From Macrostomum hystrix (taxonomy: Eukaryota > Animalia > Platyhelminthes): a DNA stretch of 64,000 bases. Below the pieces are notes generated by a model. It was not told the DNA's origin and did not search any database. It saw nothing but the letters and a program-made list of their open reading frames with translations. The DNA lies in the NCBI GenBank assembly GCA_950097015.1, contig CATNEN010000001.1, forward strand, positions 15,376,001 through 15,440,000. Reading direction: 5' to 3'. Position numbers and translations under genes: made by a program. Shown here one piece after another: positions 37,985-47,592 of the stretch. Within the stretch, counting starts at the first letter, position 1; the number at the start of each line of letters is the position of its first letter.

Positions 37985-38600
37985 TGCTGACTAGCACGTC
38001 GCTGCTGACTAGCACGTCGCTGCTGACTAGCACGTCGCTGCTGACTAGCACGTCGCTGCTGACTAGCACGTCGCTATTAGCCGGAGCAGAAGTAGCAGCC
38101 CGTGCAGCCAGAGCAGCCCTTGCAGCCGGAGCAGCCCTTGCAGACGGAGCAGCCCGTGCAGCCGGAGCAGCCCTTGCAGCCGGAGCAGCCATTGCAGAAG
38201 GAGCAGCCCGTGCAGAAGGAGCAGCCCTTGCAGAAGGAGCAGCCCGTGCAGAAGGAGCAGCCCTTGCAGAAGGAGCAGCCCTTGCAGAAGGAGCAGCCCG
38301 TGAAGAAGGAGCAGCCCGTGCAGAAGGAGCAGCCCTTGCAGAAGGAGCAGCCCTTGCAGAAGGAGCAGCCCTTGCAGAAGGAGCAGCCCTTGCAGAAGGA
38401 GCAGCCCTTGCAGAAGGAGCAGCCCTTGCAGCCAGAGCAGCCCTTGCAGAAGGAGCAGCCCTTGCAGCCAGAGCAGCCCTTGCAGCCGGAGCAGCCCTTG
38501 CAGCCGGAGCAGCCTTTGCAGAAGGAGCAGCCCCCATATCTGGGGCATCGCTGCTGGCTGGGGCATCGCTGATGGCTGGGGCATCGCTCCTGGCTAGGGC
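37985..38600. repeat. 18-bp repeats inside the last exon of the YR gene (AAPSAR / SDVLVS linker)
   Basis: GCAGAAGGAGCAGCCCTT and GCTGCTGACTAGCACGTC units. Confidence 0.9.
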
Positions 38601-40370
38601 ATCGCTCTTGGCTTTTTTTCTTGAACTCCGTATTCTCTCCGGTCATGTCGACGCGGCGCTTTTGCCAACGACAGGCCAAAGTCGTAGGCGCGGCATCTGG
38701 ATCGCTTGGCGCCCCAGCTGCCGATGAGCCATCAGTCGCCGTCTCATTGATCCTGTCCAGGATGCTGTCCAGATCGTTGGCTAAAGGTAGCAAGCAGGGG
38801 TGAGTTTACTAAAATATTCAATCATTTTAATGAAGATTGGTAATCTTCTTTCTATCCTGAAACAAGTATTTTTGTGTCACAATATTTTTTAATACTATTT
38901 TTAGAGCAAGCAGTGCATTTCTTAGTATGTAGAAATTTGATAAGCATTATGGGAAGTGCATTTTTGAAGTGAAATTTAAGGCTGATTATACTTGTGTCTT
39001 GATTTCTTATGCAACAAATTGAGTCCTCGCAGTAAGAACCCGTTCATACGGCCGTGAGCCAATTCAGGCCGAGAGTCAAAATATATTTAAGTTTAACAGA
39101 GCGATAAGGATGGGGGGTTGGCGGTACGATAACAAGAGTGCGCGACTGAGGGTAGGAGAGGAGGCTAGAACGTGAGCGGCGGACCAATCAGAGAGGAGGA
39201 AAGAAAGAAAGGATAGAGAATAGAGGATAGAGATCAGCCGCAGAGATAACGAGAGAGAAAGAACTAGATTGAACTGGACGATGTAAACAAGAAAAGTGCA
39301 GAGAACGAAAGAGTGAATAGAGGACAGAAGGCAGAGACGAAAGTCGCGACAACTTGTATTTAAATATTTTAGAACACATTAATGCTTCTATAGTTGTATT
39401 CGACGATTGGCTTTATAAAATATTAGTAAATATTAAAACACGTTGTGACAAAAGTTAAAAATTTTATGTGAACTCACTATCGCCGTTTATCCGCTCGCCC
39501 AGGGTAGCAGCAGTGGTGGCGAGCTGGGCGCTGTTCAGCGGTGCTGGAGCATTCAGCAGGCCTTCGGGCACTGCGGAGCCCTGAGCCAGCAGCCTCTTCA
39601 TGAGAGCTCGGCCAGCCGCACTTCTCTTCGCAGTTTGGGCCTAAGATGGTTTAAAAGATGGTGTAAAATTTTTTTGCTGATTCGCTGTATTCGCTCAGAG
39701 AAAACTTTGTATTGAAATAGTAATACTAGGTCAGGCGGAATTACTATTCAATAAGGCTGCGAGAACGAATCTAAATATAAGATGCTCATTATTAGTATAC
39801 CAGAAGTTTTATTAAAAAATACATTATCATGCTTTCAAAAAAATTATTGCAGTTTAACAGTTGCAGTAGTAAAGAATAAACTACCTGGTAAAATTGCCTT
39901 TGAACACCTTCAGTGTGGCCTTGATGGTCTGTCATCAGTCGCTGCTCCTCGGCTGTGGGGTTTTCGAAGCCCATGGTCTCCAGCCACTTTCTGAACTTAG
40001 AGACCGTAACATTGGCGAGCAACGGCGAGTAGCGCTGGCGATATTGATAAAATAGCCGATCGAATGACCCATAGGGAAATTCGAGCGCCAAATGTTCGTC
40101 AGCGGGTCTGTCAGCAAAGCGCTGGGCAAATACCTGCATGAGCAGGTCGGTGCAGCATGTCACACTGGCCCAGGCTTGTCCGTACTTTCCTGAGCTCTTG
40201 TGCGACTTGACTTTAAGTGGCTCGTTCGGGTTCTTCAACCAGCGGCGTGCATCCGATATTTTGCAGAACGAAGCAACGCCCTGGCGGTTCGCATTGCCAT
40301 CACCGAAGCAGATGGCCATTCCAATGGCGAGGAAAATTACAGTCCTGTGTAGGTTTAGACAAAAAAGTAT

Positions 40371-40480
40371 GAGTGCCAGTTCTAAATCGAGTGCCAGTTC
40401 TAATCGAGTGCCAGTTCTAATCGAGTGCCAGTTCTAATCGAGTGCCAGTTCTAATCGAGTGCCAGTTCAATCGAGTGCCA
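40371..40480. repeat. 17-bp repeat (TAATCGAGTGCCAGTTC) in intron 1 of the YR gene
   Basis: About 6 units. Confidence 0.9.
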
Positions 40481-43087
40481 CTTAAGACAAGTGGCATTTA
40501 GCTCGTACTAATTAGTAATATATTTTAATTCAGAAAAAATTTACATGTCTTTTGTTGATCTCGCTTCTTCCAAGACCTTTCCTTCATTAAAAAAACCGCC
40601 TTTATTTGCTCTCCGGTGAGCAATTTTTCTTCTTGGCGGTCGTAGAGGTCGGCATAATATGCTGCCTTTGCACCCATCGAGCTTGCTGTCCAATTTTTTG
40701 TCGCCTGTCTGTATGAAGTCAGCTGGTCGACTAGGCCATTGTCGACGATCAGCTGGTACCTTCTGGTAACAAGGAAGTTACCAACTTTTTCCAGTGCCGA
40801 CACGGATTGCTTCAGAATAGAGTACGTAAGCGCGTCTAGGTAGGCGCTGATGCTGTCTCGCAATTCTTCTCTTACTAGCTGTTCGAATGACCGAATATCT
40901 AGGGCCCTCATCAGTCGCCGAAGATAGCATCGAATCTCGCGCACCGTTGCTGGCTTCTTCCTTCCGCCGAGGGAGCTGGCAAGAATCAGGCACAGTGCTT
41001 CGATGTCCGCACTCGACGGATGCTCTTCAATAGGCGGTCTGGCAGTTTTCGCCACCGCTTTGGCCCTAGCTTCGGTCAGCCTTTTCTGCTTCTCCGCCTG
41101 CGCTTCCTCGGCGTGGCTGTTGCGGATATGGCTGGATAGCAGATTGGCACTGTTGCGCCATTCACCGCAGAATGGGCACTGCTTGGCGCTTTCGGATAAC
41201 GGGCCAGCGGTTTTTGAATGCGTACGCATCTTCACCGCAGCGCGCAGTGCTTTAAGTGCCTTCTTTGCACTTGCATGAGCCGGAATGCCATCTTCCTCCA
41301 GCTTGCGCTTAGTTGATTCTAAAAGACTGGCGAGCACTTTGCGCAGGTTGTCGGCGAAGCGCGATTTGTTAATCGGATGGCAATCGCCGAAGGGGCTGCT
41401 GCCCAGCACGCGGCTTCTTGCTTGTTACGACTTCTGCAGCAGCCGATTGATGTAACTGGACTGCAGGAGCAGATGGCTCCTCCGATGCCATGCCGTCTTC
41501 AGCAGCCGAATTCGGCAGATCGGCTTGAGGAGCAGGCGGCTCAATACGCTGGCCGAGCAGACTTTCAATAAAAGCTTTATTCATTTTTGAGAATTCTAAA
41601 ATTTTATTTATTTTATTTCAACTCAGTGGGGGTTCACTGGGATTTTAATAAGAAAATAAAAGCAAATAAAAAATGTTCCCATTGGTCCATAAAATAAATA
41701 AAACTAATTACTCATCAGATTGTAAGGACATTCAACTTGGTACACCAGTAAAATTTTACTTTCAAACAAAAACTGCGCAACCATCAGTTTTTCGCCAACG
41801 CATCATTAAGGTGCGAAAATGGAAACTCAAGCTAAGATATTTTCAAAAACAATATCCTTTTTGCTAAAATTTGCGAATTACTGTCTTAAATCCCAATGCA
41901 CAGATATACAGATGAGCAGAAATCCTGCCCGCAATAGCAGTGTCTTTGGCTGTATTTCAAAATAAAAATTCTATTTGTCCAGCGGGATGCTTTCTTGTTT
42001 GCTTAATTCATGAGCATACAATGTCCTTTGTTTGCGAATAGTGATTTTCGAGTAGTAAGTTTGGTTTGTGTAATCTTGATTTAATTGTGGTAGAGAATTG
42101 TGTTCCCGTCTACTGGTCTTTGTTGCACACTGGATATTTCTATTCTAGTATTTCTAGTTCATTTCTACACTTGGCGCGATCGCCCCTTTTTGTGAAAAAA
42201 GGCAGGGAAGGAGGGGAGGAGGGTCAGTGAAAGAAAGGATGTGGTCCTATTGGTCCAGTCCGACTCGTAGCCACGAACATAGTTTTTGTGCCTAGCCCAA
42301 GCAGTGCTCGAACTCGACGATGAATTCTAGTTAAGGAGAAACTAGATATACCCATAATTGGCAAAAGCAAGGCAAAACTGTCTACTGTCGTAAGTAGCGT
42401 AGTTGACTCCGGGCTTTGGCAGCAGTGGATGGAACAGTCCAGCCTCCTATCCGATAATTGCGGAAATGCTATGAGGCGAAGCGGTGGTTGCGCCACCACC
42501 CAGTGCGCTTGCGTTGCCGCCGCAGACATTTGGAGACGTGGCTGCCCGGAGTTTACCGCTCGAAATTTATTATTTAGTTCCTGACAAGCCTTAATCGATT
42601 CTTAATAATATTAAGTCTTAAAGTCTGAGGTCTTAAGTCAAGTCTTAAGCCAAAGTGCAATAGTCTTAATCAAATTTTAGTCCTAATATATTTGCAGTTC
42701 GTTAATTCATGCCCACTCTGCATAATTCATACTTTTCTACCATTATTCATGCTTCACCTTGATAATTCATGCTACCCCTTCGGTAAAAAATGATACCCTC
42801 TTTAATAATTCATTATGTTGTCTTGTAAAAATAGCTTTAGCCTCAAAGTATTGTTATTCCCTGAAAATCTCATACTATCTCTTCAAGACAATACAAAACT
42901 TCCTAGATATCTAATGCTTTCCCACAAAAACTCCTTGCAATTTAGTTGATATCTCATGCTGCTATCCATTGATATCTAGCTCCATATTCCTTAGTTTCAT
43001 TTTCTCCTCCGAATTATTATGCTTTCAAAATATAAAACAACACAGATTGCTTCCATGCTCGAAAAAACGTATATTTAAAAAATAATG

Positions 43088-43400
43088 TAATACTATAGCA
43101 TGGTTTCCGAGGTCTTTAATGTCATGGCCGAGGGCGCGAAGCGCCTCGAGGCCATAGACATTAAAAACCGAGGAAACCGTGCTATAGGGTTATTGTAGTA
43201 CGATAATAGTTTCCCATCTATTTTAAAGATTTCTCTAAAAATGGATCAGTCCGAGGACGCGAAAGACCGCCTGACTGGGGAAACACCCATTAAAGACCGA
43301 TGTCTATATTTCTTATGTCTATTCTTATATGAGTTTAACCATTTTTTGGAATACCCTAGGGAAATCCCAGGGACGCGAAAGACCGCTTTTATCGTACTAC
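43088..43400. mobile_element. ~313-bp non-autonomous hairpin element (MITE-like)
   Basis: Absent at the paralogous site ~60075. Flanked by an AATG duplication. ~95-bp palindrome at 43093-43187 and a 15-bp IR ATTGTAGTACGATAA/TTATCGTACTACAAT. Confidence 0.75.
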
Positions 43401-45535
43401 AATGCTATTAGCTAGGATTAAAATATATTATCTCCTAGTTTTTAATCTAATAACGATTTCAGCTATGCTCGAAACACTTTTCTGAAGTTTCGAAAAATGC
43501 TAACAGCTACACATGCTTAAACAGTCTTCATTTAGTTTGGAATCGAAAAACATTTGAAGAAAATACTCGAAAAATGTTAGAACTTAAAATAAATACCGCT
43601 TTTAGCTGTGCTCAACATATTTTCATCTAGTTGTGAATCTGATAACGCTTGCAGCTATGCTCAAAAAACCTTTCCTTAGTTAGTATCGAAAATCACATAC
43701 TGCTACACTCGAAAAAATTTCAATTCTCTTCTCACAACGAGTAGAGTAATGATTAAGCTGACTAATATTTGCTTTCACAGTATCTAATTAAAAGCGCTTA
43801 AACCTAAAATGTCTAATAAAGAAAAACAAAAAAATAATATTTTGTTTTTACAGTTCAAAGAAAAGAGAAAAAAGAAACATTATCAAAACAGATGCAGTAA
43901 ATTGACCTGCATTCGGCAAAATAATAAAAGTACGAGTACTTTGCTTCGAAGCTAGATTACAAGAAAGCGGAACAATAGGATAGATAGGAGAAGGAGAGTT
44001 CTCGCTTGCATTGAGCATCATAAAAGCCCAATCATTGAAATCAGCAACGAGCTTACGTGCGTTTTACTTGTTCAAATCTAAACGCTAAATCAGCTAAGAG
44101 ACCTATACCACTATCGCAGTGACAGCAGTGACACAATCCCATTCAACTGGCGGTATCGGGCCATCTGTTCTGTGCTACTAACGCACGCGCGGACGAGAAA
44201 AAGCACCGATGCAATCTCAAGACAACTGAGAGTTTTGAACCCTATTATAAAAGATGAAAAACTAACCTTAAAAGTATAGCAGAAAATGACAGCTTTTTCG
44301 AATATTTAATGCCTTTAGAATGAAGCAAATGATTAGAAATTTAACGTGTACCATCTCGAAAAGAATGCATATCTTGTAGAGAAAAAATCGCAAAAATCGC
44401 ACAACGCGTTCGCTAGAACAACGACAAGACTTCTTTTTTACATTGATTGAATGGGCATGTATATAAATAGTTTTAAATTCATTATAAATGACGAATAGGA
44501 ATTTTATGCCCGCCTCTGGCGCTTTCTACTCAAAATTACAATTTTCTTTAAAATAAATTCTACAGAAACAATGGCACGAAAATGCCAAAGCTGTCATTAT
44601 GCTCTTGTAATTATTTTAGTCATTTAAGGAAATTAATGTTAAGGAAATCACAAATTATTCACAGTGTTCGTTAGTAAATCATATTTTTCTGCTCTAATTT
44701 TATCATTACGGTTAGTGTTACGCATTTGTAATACAAGCGGAACTCCTCCTTCGGAGGAGATTGAAGGGATAAAACTCCCATCGCCTGAATTCCAGCAAAG
44801 ATAACAATACTAAGAGAAAATCCAGACCTTTAAATCAGCTGAACTCAATGCATATTACATTTCAAGACAACGATTCTCCAGTCCAGCTCAACTTAATTCG
44901 TATGAGCACATTACTCTCTCCGCCAAGTCAGAATTACCTACACTATAAAAAGCAACATCATTGAAATGTAAACGTTTTATATTTTCAAATCCAATCGCTT
45001 GTAGTGGCCTTAATTCGCGAAACTTCTGTACGATATTCAATCAGCCAAAGGACCAATATCACTATCTCCATATATAGACGCACGTATGGGTAATAAAAGC
45101 AGTGCCGCAATCCTATTCAATTGGCGGTATATGGCCTTCTGTTCTACTAACGCACGCGCGGACGAGAAAAGGCACTGATGAAATCAATTAAAACTGAGTG
45201 TCGGGCCCTATTCTAAAGATGATAAACTATCTTTAAAATTATTGCAGAAAATAACAGCTTTTTTAATATTTAATGCCTTTGGGATAAGGCAAATGCTTAG
45301 AAATTTAACATGTACCAACTCGATAAGAAGGCGTATCTTCTAGAGAAAGAATCGTGAAAATCGGACAACGCGTTCGCTACCGAGTTTGAGTCAGAAGTGA
45401 CACTTTTGGCAGCACTGACGTCAGTTGCTATTTAAAAAACAACTTGATTACATCAAGTTCGGTTCTGGCTAAGTCCCGAAACTGACCTAGCCTTCCCTCC
45501 CGTTCAAAGTACAAAAAACGACACAAAGTACAAAC

Positions 45536-45735
45536 CTGCACTTGCGGCTAAGCTGCCATGTACAGCAGCATCCACTCATGCAATCTGGCTGTCGTAGCCG
45601 TGCCGCCGAAGAACAGCTTCATGCAGAATCGGACAATCTGGAAGTCCGTGTAGGTGTCAAAGTCGCCCGCCGCCTCAGCCTCCGCCTTGGACGCGTTGTA
45701 AGCGTCGGCGAGGTACATTGCCGTACGGACCAACT
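45536..45735 (-). pseudogene. Isolated cytochrome P450 (CYP2-clan-like) I-helix exon with an in-frame stop
   Basis: KLFFGGTATTARLHEWMLLYMAA*PQVQ|GT matches the I-helix pattern LFxAGTETT..L.W.LLYM...P.VQ, ending at a phase-0 donor. Confidence 0.7.
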
Positions 45736-45829
45736 CATATGTTCTCCAATATCGATTCGTTTAATAATTTTTCTACTTTTCTTGTTAACCAATTACACAT
45801 ATTTATTCGCAAAGTTTTATGTTTTCTCC

Positions 45830-47190
45830 TGGAAATCTCATTCTTTCTCCTGGAAATCTCATGCTAGATATTGATGAAATCGTGATATTCCCTAGATATC
45901 TCAAGCTTTTCTCCACGTATTCCATACCATTTTCCTGGTGTCTCATGCATGCTATCCATTGATATCTAGCGCTATATTTTTAATTTCATGTCTTCATTCG
46001 AGCTAATATGCTTTTAAAATAGAAAAAAATGACGATTGCTTCCCTGCTAAAAACGCTTAATTAACAAGGAACTAAATACGAATTCCGCGATTCGTCACGA
46101 TATTTTTTTCTCCTAGCTTTGAATCTAATAACGATTGCAGGAATGCTCAAAAATGTGAAAATTTATAATGAATAACGCTTTTAGCTGTGCTCAACACATT
46201 TTTCTAGTTCTGAATCTGAAAAAACTTGCAGCAATGCTCAAAATGCTCAATCTTTCCTAGTATCGAATAAAAATTGCTCCTACACTCATAAAACGTATAA
46301 TATTTTCATACAGCGAGAAGAGCAATAACAAAACTAACTAATATTTGCCTTTTTCGGAAGCTAATCTAAAGCGCTTACTATTATATTAATACTCGAACAA
46401 GAATTTCCACTAAAAATAATAAACAAGAACTTAAATTTTCAACTGTTGATGACACAAGATTAAGAGAAAAGGAAGCAGCAAGAAAAATGAAGCTGAAATT
46501 GGACCTGCATTCTGCAAACTAATAAAAACACCTTAGCTAGATGATAATAAAGCGACACAATGATCGAAGTCGAGACAAGGTTTCACAATATCTAGGCTGC
46601 AGTTTTCATGGATAGAAATGAGGAGAGGTCTTGCTAGCATTGAGCATCATAAAAGCCCAATCATTGAAATCAGCTATGTACGCTTTACTTATTCAATTCA
46701 ATCGCCTGATCAGCAAAGAGACCAATATCACTATCGCAATATACGAGAGTATAAACGTACGTACGGTTGCTAAAAGCAGTGACGGGCAAGAAAGGCACCC
46801 ATGTAATCTAATAAGACTGACAGTGTCGGGCCACATTCTATAGATGACTTTAAAAAGTATAGAGTACTAAAATATCTTTAAAGTTTATGTTTTCAAATAT
46901 CATAAACCTTTAGAATGGAGGAAATTAGTAAACTTGTACCATGTAAATAGATCATCTTGTTTAGAAGGCGCATCTTTTAGATAAAGAATCGCAAAAAATC
47001 AGATAACGCCTTCGCTAGAGCAAGGATAAGACAATTTTTAATTGATTGAATCAATTTTATTATAAATGACGACTAGCAATTTTATGCCACCTTTAAATCA
47101 GCTGAACTCAATGCATTCAATTTTAGGACAACGAATTTCCAGGCAACGACTTCCCGATTTGTAAGCACATTACTCTCTCCGCCTAGTCAG
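45830..47190. repeat. Older, diverged copy of the AT-rich segment ~42870-44930
   Basis: Shared blocks include GCTATCCATTGATATCTAGC, GCATTGAGCATCATAAAAGCCCAATCATTGAAATCAGC and TAAATCAGCTGAACTCAATGCA. A further partial copy lies at ~45040-45380. Confidence 0.75.
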
Positions 47191-47592
47191 AGGTGCGAGT
47201 GAAAATAAATTAATTTTGCGTCCCCTGCGCCGAGAAAGTTGATGCTGTCATTCATCACATCAACTGACCCTCCTTAGTAATACAGCACAGCATATTGCTC
47301 TCTTCGCCCAGTCAGAGGTGCGAATTTCAATAAATAAAATATGAGCACTCCTCTCCTCTCCTCTCCCCCCAATCAGCGCTAATTTTTTACATTACGCTCG
47401 AAAAGGCGACTGCAAATTCAGCCACTGCTAATCAGTATTTATATATTACAAATAACTTTGTCGCAAACATTCAACTGACTCACTGACTATCTCGCTAAAA
47501 ATAAATCTAAACTCTACACAATTCTACACAAAAAACTTGTATATATATCTAACAACGTTCTAATTTTCGTGCACGTAAATCATTGCGAAAAA

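Larger units (their letters stand above)
37708..41584 (-). pseudogene. Spliced C2H2-ZnF + tyrosine recombinase + low-complexity linker + probable PWWP gene (frameshifted); exons ~41584-40545, 40344-39885, 39640-39478, 38780-37708
   Basis: ZnF CPFCGEWRNSANLLSSHIRNSH. YR motifs GNANRQG (R), VKSHKSSGKYG (K), SKFRK (HxxR position) and DHQGHTEGVQRQFY (H...Y). GT-AG introns are phase-compatible if the T7 run at 40589-40595 is one base short. Further frameshifts near 41410, 38615 and 37960-37900. Confidence 0.75.
37045..42188 (-). mobile_element. Tyrosine-recombinase (Crypton-like) DNA transposon, ~5.1 kb, with inverted-repeat ends
   Basis: Absent from the paralogous site at ~57570. GCCCCTT direct repeat at 37038-37044 and 42182-42188. 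Imperfect GGGG...CCCC terminal IR. ~64-bp IR at 37304-37367 / 41894-41956. Encodes a YR domain. Confidence 0.8.
36093..44390. repeat. Copy A of an unclassified multi-kb duplicated segment (36093-37044 + 42189-44390), interrupted by the YR element
   Basis: Collinear high identity with 56945-61100, e.g. 36630-37030 vs 57160-57555, 42200-42680 vs 57580-58040, 43400-44380 vs 60075-61100. Confidence 0.9.

Noticed and set aside
38077-38600. Metallothionein-like (CKGCSF)n protein
   Set aside because: It is an alternative frame of the 18-bp linker repeat. The Ala/Pro frame continues towards the PWWP-like region, and the shift falls in an A run.
38993-39378. Possible solo LTR (TGTGT…ACACA) in YR intron 3
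   Set aside because: No target-site duplication and no second copy in the window.
37045-42188. DIRS/Ngaro retroelement or Polinton-like virus as the identity of the YR element
   Set aside because: No RT/RNase H, polB, ATPase or capsid coding was recognised within the boundaries.
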